In this document: in pieces, positions 13,060-24,639 of the stretch
Position numbering within the stretch: the stretch's first letter is position 1
Layout of the letters: each line of letters begins with the position of its first letter
The notes under the pieces: model-generated
Databases searched by the model: none
The model's input: only the letters and a program-made list of their open reading frames with translations
Told to the model about the DNA's origin: nothing
Made by a program: the position numbers and the translations under genes
Assembly (NCBI GenBank): GCA_030390025.1
Contig: CM059432.1
Span: forward strand, 87,174,001-87,238,000
Source of the DNA: Squalus acanthias
Taxonomy: Eukaryota
DNA length: 64,000 nucleotides
Direction of reading: 5' to 3'

Positions 13060-14385
13060 CTGTAATTTTTGTAAAGAAGCTTTGTTATTAATGTGACTGG
13101 TGCAAGTTATTTTAGCAGTACAATTTTAGTATATATCTTTTAAAACATTTCATCCATCCATTTTCTTTCCAAAGGGCTTCTTTTCAAACTAGCACTGTAT
13201 TACACAATAGAAATTTGTAATTTCTAAATCCTGCAGGTCAAGTTGACAACAACCCAGAAGGTGCTATAATTACATTAAATATAAACTTTACTGGACTCTT
13301 TAATAATATATTTGAATATGTAAGGACCTATTGATAAAATGGGATTCAACATCAGTCAAATGCATTCCGACTAACAGTGAAAATTAACTCCGGTTTGAAT
13401 GAATGAAACCACATTTTCAAAAACAGCCCTCAACTAACAGGAAATAATGGCATATGAGACAACCTGTAATTAAATGGGGCTTATAGCAAACCCTCCCCCC
13501 TCAAAGTAAAGGGACAAGGACCTTGCAAACAGGTTTTTATCTTTGCAGGGGGAGAGAAATAAGAGATGGAGCAAAAAGGTGTACACTATACCAATGGAAT
13601 GACTTATGCAGGCTGAACTTCATTTAAACCTAATTGACAATATATTTTTTTAAATCCCAGTAATTCACCATGCTATGTCTTGGTTTGCTTGTCACCTCCT
13701 CAATTCATGTGTAACATTTTTAACATGATTCTGAAATACAGTACTACTCAACCCGTGTGACTTCCTCCATTGTTTACAGAACAGGCACCCAGGAACTGCA
13801 GTTGAGGCTGAGTCAATTAACTCCTCCAAAAAGGAGTTGGATAAATGTCTGGTTGGGAGCACGATTGGTTGTTTGAGAGATGGGTATAGATGGAAATGAT
13901 CGAATAGTTCATGAGCCATAATGGTGGGAGAAGGGATAATGCTGCCTGGAAAGACTGCCGGGGGCTCTGAGGGTTTGGCTGATAATCTACGGAGACTGGG
14001 GAATACTCATACACAACTTTCCCTCAGGAGATTAAATAGGTGGTAGGGACTGTCACCCATAGGGTATATGGCATGGCCCTGAAATTCCATGTGGTAAGTT
14101 GCAAAACTATTCTGTTTCCCCCCCCCCCCCCGATTTCCAGCATCTGCAATAATTTGCTTTTTGTAAATACAAGAAATTCAGGGCTACGGCACCATTGGTC
14201 CTCATTTAAATATATGATAATTAGGCACATGGTGGTAGGGTCGCTGGAAGGACCAAATCATAGTTGGAAATTAGGGCCTTTCATTTTTTGGAGCAAGAAA
14301 ATGGCTTCCACCAAAATTTATTGGCCAGTTGTCCTGATTTTAGGCCCCAGAAATGCTGAAAGCAGTGAGAGCTTTCAGGGCCTAT

Positions 14386-14743
14386 GGGGGAAAAATGCAG
14401 TTGGTTGCGCCTCCCATTAGCGCCTTAAGAGGGCGCTAATGGGGCGCAAAGCAACTAGCGCCCGGGCGCGGCGATGTTTGCGGCGCTCGCGAAATTAACT
14501 AGACATTTTGCGGCAGCGCTAAACACTACCGCCACGACCTCCTGAGCCGGCAGATCGTGACGTCAGTCGAGTGCGCAACACCCCGGAGCGGATATTGAGT
14601 GGCGCCCCCTGCCTTACCGCCTGCCGCTAGCAACGACAGGTTGAGGGGAGCGTTTTGCAGTCAGGAAGGGACTGGGGGAGCGCTATTTAAAGGCGACCGC
14701 TTTCCTGCCTTTTTTTGTTGGTGACATTTTTGAACCATGCATT

Positions 14744-14778
<35 letters not shown>

Positions 14779-15280
14779 CTGGAGAGATTCAACGCTGTGT
14801 GAAGGAGTTTTGGGTACTGAGCAGCACTTTGCAGGTTCATTTTGATTTGCCCTTCCTTGTATCGATTTAGAAGAGACTGTGGGGTTGCACTCTGAGCTCT
14901 TTCCCTGGTTCTCTCCATTGTTCTTTCCAGCAGATTTGATGTGCAGGTCTCTCCAGGCCGAGATTCAAGGCTGCAATGAGCAGGATGTGGATGGAAAGCA
15001 AGATCAACCCTCCCCTTTAAAGAACTGGCCAGCGCCATTGTGTCTGTGTTCCATTGCTGACTGACATCACATGAGCTTCGCCAGCGCTCTGAGTTAGCGC
15101 CTCGCTCCTCGGCCTTTGCGCCTTAAGACAGATGTGTAGCGCCTGATTTAGCGCTCCAATCACCTCCAGGGGCGATAGAAGTCAAGTCTGCAGTCGGAGG
15201 CGATAATTAGCGCCAGCCGCTAATCTTTGCGCCCGGCCGATAATTGCACCCCAAACGGGGCGATACTGAATTTTTCCCCC
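14386..15280. mobile_element. Harbinger-type non-autonomous element, 895 bp, containing (GA)n at 14746-14775
   Basis: TIR GGGGGAAAAAT(G/T)CAGT at both ends, 3-bp TSD TAT, CpG-rich subterminal repeats (tagcgcc). Confidence 0.85.
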
Positions 15281-16470
15281 TATATCTTTGGTGGAAGCTG
15301 GAAGCTTGATGGGCTGAATGGACTTTTGCCATTTTATTATTTCTAAAGTACTTATCTTTGTGCTGCTAAAATAAAGTTAATGGTCATGACAAAGTTAAAA
15401 ATCAATAATCAGCAAAATAGCACATGTTAAACACATATCAAGTTTTTTTGTTAATAAAGTATATAAAATTGAAACTTTGCTGGACAGAATTGAAAGTTGC
15501 TGCTTCAACTTCTTTGCTGCTTATACTCCAGACTCGGTTGTAGTATCCATGTTGGGATCAGAACATCCACCAATGAGATTTGAGTAAATTAGCACATCTT
15601 AAGGGATCTCTGTGGGCAGGAATAAATGGTTATAAAGGTGGTTTCAAATTAAAATATAAAGTGGGCTTCCAGAAGGGCCTTCTTAAAAAATTCTTTTTGG
15701 AAACACGAATGCGTTAAAATCTCCCAGGCCTCCGATGAAGACTCCCGAGCCGAGAATTAAAATCGGCCCTTACATCTCTAAATTGGAGGGTTGGTGGGGG
15801 GGACGACTTCTTCGAAATGACGGAGCTACTAAATTTTCAAATTGGCTTTCTGAAATTATTTTTTATACGACAAAATCAATGTATAGGACGGGATTAAAAG
15901 GAAAAACAGCTGGAGAACTGGAAAACCAACCAATTTTTTTGTGGTAAACCAACATTATTCTGCAGATCCCAAAAATCAGCTAAAAGATTAGAATAAATAA
16001 AAAGGTCATTCACTTAATTTAGTCCAAACATCTGGCTCGATACTAAATATCCTACGGTTCCTCATTTCGAATGTAGTGAAGAAAAAAAATCCAAATTTTG
16101 TCCAAATTCTCATCAGTTTGAAAACCTTAATTATGTTCCACCTCCATCTCTTTTCCCAATGCAAATAACTTGAGCCCAACAAGTCCTGGAATCACCTTTT
16201 GCCTTTTGAATACTTCTCAAAGTACCAGTGTTCTTTTTAGGATACTAATTGATCTTCCGTGGGTTTGCTCATGGGAAGTCGAAGGATGAATTGGCTCCTT
16301 TACCCAGTACTCAATTTTTATCTCATACCTTTTTGAAGTGCAGGGTCCACAGCAGGACAGTGAGCAAGAAATACCAGGCTGGAGGTAGATACCTGGCTTT
16401 CAGTACAAGAATGGAAGGGAAGGGGTCACGGGACAGTAGTGGCAATTTTAGAATTGTGTTTCCTGTAGAT

Positions 16471-17170
16471 CAATGGTTCTCAAACCTTTTTGGTTGAAGG
16501 ACCCCTTTTCAAATGGATTAGCAATCACAGGACCCCTCATCTAAATTATTATTGCCCCCTTGTATTGATACTGTACCAGGATCTTCTGACAATGAATTGC
16601 AATATAACTATGGTGACATTTACAAAACGGGAATCCCTCAAGTATGTATGTATAAAATGATAGTGATTGTAAAGCATTGATTTTTTTAAATTACAAATGA
16701 ATTGGTTATTCAGTGTATGCAAGTGCTGCTCAGATTATTATGTCAGATTTGTTCCTTGGGCAACCCTTGCCCGTGGACAAACAGATCTAATGTCATGTTA
16801 TGTCCGACTTACGGGGCGTATTCTTTTTGGCTGTATCCCAGCGCTGCTGCAGCCAGCTGGTAGTCGGGACGGGATCTTTGCTTACAGACGTTCGGTTCCT
16901 CTCCGAACAGTAGGCCCTGTGCTTTTCCGCCTCCGACTCCTGTTACTGGCGGCGGCATTGCGCCCACTGCTGGCCCGCAGTCATTTTCCCTCCCTCCTTC
17001 TCCTCTTCATCCTGCAGCGCACTGCCGCCGCTGCCACTGCCATGGTAGCCATTCACCGCCCCGTTCAGCAGCGCCTGGCCGCTCCGCACTGGCTCGCTCT
17101 CCATCACCGACTGGGTTTTTTGTCGCAGACCCCCGGGAGTGTCTTTACAGACCCCAGTTTGAAAACCCTG
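16471..17170. mobile_element. hAT/Charlie-type non-autonomous element, 700 bp, with GC-rich exon-like cargo
   Basis: TIRs caatggttctcaaac / gtttgaaaaccctg; exact 8-bp TSD CTGTAGAT (16463-16470 / 17171-17178). Confidence 0.88.
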
Positions 17171-18015
17171 CTGTAGATCATAACAAAGAGTTCTTCTCCC
17201 GAGGGATTTTTGACGCTTTATTTTGTACACTTTCCATTGTTTTAGAGAAGACTTAAATACACAGAAATATTTGATGATGTGCACACTATATCATGAGGCA
17301 CAAAACCACTGAAAATAAGCTCCCTTGATGGCTCAGTGAGTACAACCAGCCAGGAGCTATGCAGAGCAGGAAGGCCAGCCAGCCAGCCACCAATCAACAG
17401 CAGCCTGCCACCGGTAACTACCCATCCATAACCAGCAGCAAACACCAGTTCTCAGCCAGCCACCTGTCCCAGGTCACAGGAGCCCGCTGGGTCAGAATTA
17501 GCCAAATTCAGTGCAGTCCCAAAAAGCTTTTTCTTTCTGATCAGCTGGTTTCCAAATGGCAATCGCTCGCTCTGGGATCGATTGTCATTTCAAAATGGCA
17601 TTGAGGGCCCTGTATACCAGGTATGCTTGCTTCCTGCAGGCATACATTTCATTGGCCATAGAGGTGGTGAAACTGAAAGAATTTCTAGGGGAGCACGGGA
17701 AACAAAGGAATAGGCAGGTGGAAAAAAAAATTGCCCATTGCTGGTGCATTGAGGAAGGATTTAGGGTAGAATTAATGTTCTGTTTCACCTTGCCTTGATC
17801 CTGCCCCAAATTCCTGGGACAGGGTCATTTAAGTAATAGGTTCTGTTGCCCAGGCCAGTACTGGTGCTATTGGGGCACTTTGTCTGGCAATCTGGTATTG
17901 CCAAAATGTACCAAAAATTTGATTATTTAACAGATTTTATTTAGCTCTGAAGAGTTAATCTTTGTTAGTTTTATACTTCTGGAAATATTATTTGAAACAC
18001 CTCCAAGGTCTCCTT

Positions 18016-18112
18016 TCTCAGGTGAAGCAGTTGGGTGGTCTCAGGTGAAGCAGTTGGGTGGTCTCAGGTGAAGCAGTTGGGTGGTCTCAGGTGAAGCAGT
18101 TGGGTGGTCTCA
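18016..18112. repeat. Perfect minisatellite, 23-bp unit x4.2 (TCTCAGGTGAAGCAGTTGGGTGG)
   Basis: Four identical head-to-tail units plus TCTCA. Confidence 0.97.
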
Positions 18113-18274
18113 AAGACTTGAACAAGGCTGGCTGGTGACATGTGATATGCTCTGGTTATGTCAGGTAACAGGAATTGCTGTAGGATTAGTCTGAATAACC
18201 TTTCTATTTTTCCCTCAGTGGTATTTTACAGGATACTATGGAAAACTAAGTGATATAAAATGATGGATACATAC

Positions 18275-18921
18275 CGACTCTACAATTTCTTCTGTTTCTT
18301 CCACACTAACTCCACGTGATTGAGATTTTGATAGTTTCTTTGGTTCAGGAACAACAATGGATAACTGTTTCTTCAATTTTGGCTCAGATTTAGTTTCTTT
18401 GACAGAAGACCTTGCAGGCATTGGCTTTGGCGGTGGCGGTAACCTTCCGAGTGCCATTGGTGAAGGATTAGCCTGTTCCTCCGGCTCTTCAGGTGGCAGT
18501 TTTACATCTGTGCGCACAAAGTAACTATGGTATGCGCTATGTAACTGGCCATTGCCAGCAGTCGTGGGAGTGTAAACCGCTGGCTTGGGCTGTTTCCACT
18601 CGCTCCCTTGCTTAGTACTTATCTTGGCGGCACTTTTTGATGATGGTCTATTCCCTGAAGCTCCTGATAAATCCTTGTTTACATTGCTGGCAGAGCCTTT
18701 ATTCCAGCTGGTATCTGGAGTTTTCTTGTATATTGGTGGTGAAGGAGGAGGTGTAGGGCCAGGACTATGTCCAGGAGTATGTGGTGGAGTTGTACCTTTT
18801 CTGTAGAAATGAGGACTGCTATTTGCTGAAGATGGTTTCTTTTCTTGTGGAGGTGGAGGCTCTTCTTTCTTCTCTGTATATCCCATTGCCTCCTGCATTC
18901 TCTGTTTAATGTAATCTAGAC
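18275..18921 (-). CDS. JPH1: Junctophilin (JPH1-like) internal coding exon, divergent proline-rich region
   Basis: Translates as (G)LDYIKQRMQEA...SSPHFYRKGTTPP...NGQLHSAYHSYFVRT...KSEPKLKK...EEIVES. SPHFYRKGTTPP and NG.LHS.YH.Y match vertebrate JPH1 as I recall it. Acceptor tttctctag| at 18922-18923 (phase 1); donor |gtatgt at 18273-18274 (phase 0). Confidence 0.9.
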
Positions 18922-19199
18922 CTAGAGAAAGAGGAAAATTGTGATGAAACAATAATTAGGGAAAGGCTAATAATGAGGGGAGAAAGTGACAAAGAGGGAA
19001 ATGAATGTATTTTAATATAATGATTAAACAACAATGACTAACATTTAATTGAAATGTATGCCCTTTACAGATGTGTGAAAAATGTCTGTTTAAAAAAAAA
19101 TTGTAAAATGGATAATTACTGAACATTACATTTGTGGAATTTAGAGAATTATGACACAAAAATTTAGACGATCAGGGTTGGAAGAGCTGGTAGCCTTTG

Positions 19200-20000
19200 A
19201 GGCCATAATTCGGTGGCAGGCAAGGGTCCTTCTAAACCCAGGGTACTCACTAACGTATTGTTGAGGGCCACAATCTCAAGCTGTGACTTGCGGTCAGCGG
19301 CGAAGTAAAGGTTTGCGCCACTGGCCCCGATGTAAGCTTCGCACAAAGATCTCGTGATCTCTGTGGCGAGAATTTCAGGTTTTCTGACGCCTAATTGAAA
19401 TCAATGGAAGTTATTGGGGATTCCAGCGAAGAGCTGCTGTGACGTTTAGCAGCCAATCAAAATGCAGAATTCTCAGACAGCGAACCAAGAAGTGGGTAAG
19501 CTCTTAAAATTCTAACTTTTTAAAAAGTGTTAGAGAGCAAAACAAAGATTGGGGCTCTCACATGGGGAAAAGGCAAATCTGATTTTTTTTAAAGTTTCTA
19601 AAAATTTTAATTTTGATTAAAATAGATAAATTTGACACTCCACAAAATTAAAATTAGTTTTACAGGGCCATAACATTTGTTTAGCAGTCAATACACTGTT
19701 AAAACCCCTAATCCAAAGGATCTAACTTTTAACGGGGTATTTAACAGCGTAATTACTGCAGAAGAGCCAAAGCTTTCATCAGTTTCCATGATTTGATAGG
19801 TTTCTCTGATTGCCAGCTCTGTGGGTGGGGGGGCGGGGGAGGAGAGAGGGCACAGCACAGCCTATGGAGGAGCAGTGAATGACATACTGCAACTTCAGGA
19901 TTTCCACATGCGTTAAATCCTGAAGTTGTGGTTAATTTCAAAGGTGAAATGACGGCGAACGCTCCCAGTTTGCTGTCATCAGGACCGCAAATTCTGGGCA
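19200..20000. mobile_element. Degenerate Harbinger-type MITE, same family as the split element 39634-43173
   Basis: Shares internal blocks with 39780-40100 and 43045-43173; ends in gcaaattctgggc. Confidence 0.55.
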
Positions 20001-21443
20001 ATAGGTGTCACCTAACACTTACTAGCGTTGCATGGCAGTCTTTTTTGAAAATTGAGACATTTAAAGTATTTTGCAGTGTTTCTTTGAAAAATATAGAGCA
20101 GCATAGAGTTCATCACTCGCCAGGTGAGTAATCTGCTTTGCTGATGCCAGATTTGTAGGTTTTAGTACATTTAGATAAATATTCAAAAGTAAGAAAACAA
20201 AAATAGTCAAATGAATTCTGTAAATGACAGAAGATGACAACAAAGTTCAAAAACACAACAGAGGTGAAGAAGAAAGTAAAACAAAAGGAGATTCAAGTAA
20301 GAATCAAGAGATAAGATGAAACTTTTAAGATAGGGGAAAGAAACAAATGAAGATAAAAGGAGAACAAAATGCAAACATAAAAAGATTAGCAAGGTATAAC
20401 AAACAAAAAAAATAAGATGAGAAAAGTAGCAATGAAAAGATTTTTGTACTAAAGAAATTGGCTCAGGCTTACTGCTGGAGTAAAATAATAAACAGAATCA
20501 AATAGAGAATCAAAATGACCTGAAAATGTGGTCCATAGGATGAATGCTTAACGCATTGGTCTGAAATTCCTTCCTCTGCTATTATAGAGTTTTACTTGTT
20601 CAAAGTAAATGGGTTAATACTTAGAATCTTACACAGGAGGTCATTCAGTCCATCACACCTGTGCCGGCTCTTTGAAAGAGCTGTCCAATTTAGTCCCACA
20701 GCCCAGCTTTTCCCCCCATAACCCTGCAAATTAGTCCTCTTCAAGAACATGTCCAATTGTCTTTTAAAAGTTCCAATGGAATCTGATTCCACCACCCTTT
20801 CAGGTAGTGCGTACCAGATCTGAACAACCCTCTGTGTGAAGAAATTTCTCTTCATTTCCCCTCTAGTTCTTTTGCCAATTATTTTAAATATATAATCCCT
20901 GGTTACTGACCCACTTGCCAGAGGAAATAGTTTCTCCCTACTTGCTCTATCAAAAGCCCTCATAATTTTGAAGACCTCTATTAGGTCTCCCCTCTAAGGA
21001 GAATAATCCCAGCTTTTTCAATTTCTCCACATAACTCAACTCCCTCATCCCTGGTATCATCCTGGTAAACCTCCCCTGTACCTTCTCCAGGGTCTTGACA
21101 TCCTTCATAAAGTGTGGTGCCCAGAATTATACACAATACTCCAGCTGAGGCCTAACCAGAAATTTGTAAAGGTTTAGCATGACTTCCTTGTTTTTGTATT
21201 CAATGCCCCTATTTACAATGCCAAGTATCCCATCTTATCAACTTGCCCTGCCACCTTCAAAGATTTGTGAATATGCACCCCCAGGTCCTTCTGTTCTTAC
21301 ACCACCACCCCTCAAAATAGCACCATTTAGATTATACTGCCTCTCTATGTTGTTTCTCTAAAAGTGCATCACTTCACACTTATCCACATTAAATTGCCAT
21401 GTGTCTGCCCATTTCACCAGTCTGTCTATGTCCTCCTGAAGAC

Positions 21444-23467
21444 CACCATTTTCCAATCCTCTCCGGCTACAGGTGTGCTGCCGGAGGACTGCTAATGTTG
21501 TACCGTTGTTTAAAAAGAGAGCAAGGGATAGACTGAGTAATTACAGGCCAGTCAGCCTAACCTCGGTGGTGGGCAAATTTTTGGAAAAGATTCTGAGGGA
21601 CAGTATTATTCGTCATTTGGAAAGGCACGGATTAATCAAGGACAGTCAGCATGGATTTGTTAAGGGAAGTTTGTGTCTGACTAACTTGACTGAATTTTTT
21701 GAGGATGTAACAAGGGGGCGGGGGGTCGATGAGGGTAGCATGTTTGATATAGTCTACATGGATTTTAGCAAGGCTTTTGACAAGGTCCCACATGGCAGAC
21801 TGGTCAAAAAAGTAAAACCCCATGGGTTCCAAGGGAAAGTGGCAAGTTGGATCCAAAATTGGCTCAGTGGCAGGAAGAAAAGGGTAATGGTCGACTGGTG
21901 TTTTTGTGACTGGAAGGCTGTTTCCAGTGGGGTTCTGCAGGACTCATTACTAGGTCCCTTGCTTTTTGTGGTACAGGTTGAGCGTCCAAAATCCGGAGTT
22001 CCGGAATGTTCCGGAATCCGGGACGATTGGTAGCAGGGTCGTCCGGAATCCGTAAAATGTTCTGGAATCCGGAACTCCGGATTTTGGACGCTCAACCTGT
22101 ACTTCAAAAGCCATTAACTTTTGTTGTCTTTTTTTGAAAAATCCTATGAAAAATGCGAGTGACGCAATAAAACTTTAGTGTTGTGTTTTATCCTCCTTAA
22201 TCTGCACAGCTCCACTAAGTATTTCCGCCAGGCTGCGGCCACGGCACCACGCTGCCCTGGTGGCCTAGTGTGGGCCATCGGATGCTCTGCAGAGCTCGCA
22301 GCGTCCCTCCCCTTTAACAGAAGGGGAGGGGCGGAGAAACGCGTCAGCGCTACGCGGAGCGGCCCACGCATTTCCGGACTCGGAACGTGTTTCTGATGTC
22401 CGAAGTCCGGAAACGCCCGAGCCCAGGTTGCGATATTTCTGGACTTCGGACATCAGAAACACGTTCCGAAGTCTGGAAAAACACGAAAACCGGCTCGGCC
22501 TCGGTCTCGAGGTTGCCGGATTCAGGACACTCAACCTGTATATATCAATGATTTAGACTTCATGATTAAGAAGTTTGCAGATGATACAAAAATTGGTTGT
22601 GTGGTTGATAGTGAGGAAGAAAGCTGTAGACTGCAGGAAGATATCAGTGGACTGGTCAGGTGGGCAGAAAAGTGGCAAATGGAATTTAATCTGGAGAAGT
22701 GTGAGGTAATACATTTGGGGAGGGCTAACAAGGCAAAGGAATACACAATAAATGGTAGGATACTGAGAAGTGTAGAGGAACAGAGGAGTGCATGTCCACA
22801 GATCCTTGAAGGTAGCTGGACAGGTAGATAAGATGGTTAAGAAGGCATATGAAATACTTTCCTTTATTAGCCAAGGCATAGAATATAAGTGAAGAGAGGT
22901 TATGCTTGAATTGTATGAAACACTAGTTAGGCCACAGCTAGAGTACTGCGTACAGTTCTGGTCACCACATTACAGGAAAGATGTGATTGCACTAGAGAGT
23001 GTACAGAGGAGATTTACGAGGATGTTGCCAGGACTGGAGAATTTTAGCTATGAGGAAAGATTGAATAGGCTGGGGTTGTTTTCTTTGGAACAGAGGAGGC
23101 TGAGGGGAGATTTAATTGAGGTGTGTAGATAGAGTGGATAGGAGGTACCTATTTCCCTTAGCAAAGAGGTCAATAACTAGGGGCATGGATTTAAAGTAAT
23201 TGGTAAAAGGATTAGAGAGGAGTTGAGGACAACATTTTTCACCCTGAGGGTGGTGGGGGTCTGGAACTCACTGCCTCAAAGGGTGGTAGAGGCAGAAACC
23301 CTCATCACATTTAAAAAGTACTTTGATATGCACTTGAAATGCCGTAACCTACAAGGCTATGGACCAAGAGCTGGAAAGTGGAATTAGGCTGGATAGCTCT
23401 TTTTTGGCAAGCACAGACACGATGGGCCAAATGGCCTCCTTCTGTGCCATATATTTCTATGATTCTA
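21444..23467 (+). mobile_element. CR1 LINE, 5'-truncated, with RT remnants and ATTCTATG tail
   Basis: [46 protein letters not shown]; 7-bp TSD tgaagac (21437-21443 / 23468-23474). Confidence 0.92.
21974..22538. mobile_element. Tc1/mariner (Tigger-like) MITE inserted at a TA in the CR1 RT
   Basis: Ends CAGGTTGAG...CTCAACCTG with TA TSD. Removing it restores tttgtggTAtatatcaatgat. Many tccgga repeats and intact CpGs. Confidence 0.85.
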
Positions 23468-23952
23468 TGAAGACTGCTACTATTATGCTCACTAGTTACT
23501 ACATTGCCAAGTTTTGTATTGTCCGAAAACTTCAAAATTGTACAACCTATACCCAAGTCCAGGTCATTTATATATAACAAAAAAAGCAATGATCCTTATA
23601 CTGACCCCGAGGGAACCCCACTGCTTACTTCTCTCCAGTCAGAAAAACATCTGTTCACCACTACTCTCTGCCTCCTATCCCTTAGCCTATTTCGTACCCA
23701 AGTTACCAGTGTCCCTTTAATACCATGTGGTTCTATTTTCCGAATAAGTCTGTTATGAGATACTTTATCAAATGCTTCTGAAAGTCCATATACACAACAT
23801 CTACTGCACTACCTTCATCAACCCTCTCTGTTACTTCATCAAAGAACTCAATCAGGTTAGTTTTCAACAAATCCCTGCTGGCTGTCCTTTATTGACCAAT
23901 GCTTCCACAAGTGAGAATTAATTTTGTCCTTGACAATGGTCTCTAGTAGTTT

Positions 23953-24051
23953 GATAGCAAAATACTGCGGATGCTGGAAATCTGAAATAACAACAGAAAA
24001 CGCTGGAAAAACTCAGCAGGCCAGGCAGCATCCGTGGAGAGAGAAAGAGAG
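23953..24051. mobile_element. Penelope-type terminal-repeat fragment inserted in CR1
   Basis: 9-bp TSD tagtagttt (23944-23952 / 24052-24060); almost identical to an arm of 52267-52508. Confidence 0.8.
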
Positions 24052-24639
24052 TAGTAGTTTTCCCACCACTGACATTAGACTGATTGCCCTGTAGTTACCA
24101 GGTTTATCCCTCTCTCCTTTTTTGAACAAGGGTGTAACATTTGCAATCCTCCAGTCCTCTGGCAGCACTCCAATCTCCAAGGAGGATTGAAAGATTGTGG
24201 TCAGAGCTTCTGCTATCTCCATCCTAGCTTCCCTTAGCAACCTAGGATGCAACCCATCTGGACCAGGTGACTTGTGCGTACCTATTAGCACCTCCTTTCT
24301 AACTAGTTTTATCCTATCCAATCTCTACTCCTCCCTCGTCTACTCCGACATTAACTTCATCCTCTTCTTTCGTGAAGACAGATGCAAAGTACTCATTCAG
24401 TACCTCAGTCATGCCCTCTGCCTCCACAGGATTTCCTTTAGACATAGTGATCGTCCCCTGACCTCGCAAACTTTGGTAGGGTCAGTGCCAGAGTTCCTGG
24501 GCGAGTGTATTGTGGCACTTATGCCAAGATATTGCTCTTGCAGATTTTCGAGCCTGCTCTTATAGTGACTTATAAGATAGTTTAATGGTATGGAAAAGGT
24601 AAATCAGGATAATTACCATAAACTAAATTATAAGGTACA

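Larger units (their letters stand above)
20630..24430 (-). mobile_element. CR1 LINE (RT and 3' end) split by a younger plus-strand CR1
   Basis: The RT reading ...KLGNVVTSEHNSSSL at 23470 resumes as QEDIDRLVKW at 21440. ORF remnants at 24013-24321, 23311-23589 and 20592-20963. Confidence 0.8.

Noticed and set aside
16697..17176. 159-aa plus-strand ORF
   Set aside because: Probably the antisense shadow of the GC-rich cargo; it runs through the TIR into the TSD.
18016..18112. CRISPR-like array
   Set aside because: Units are contiguous with no spacers, there are no cas genes, and the context is a vertebrate intron.
18236..18952. 238-aa ORF as a standalone gene
   Set aside because: It is an internal exon read through both splice sites; MFHHNFPLSL and VCIHHFISLSFP are intronic.
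20200..20520. Purine-rich stretch resembling a charged coding exon
   Set aside because: Low-complexity A/G sequence with frequent stops and no convincing splice sites.
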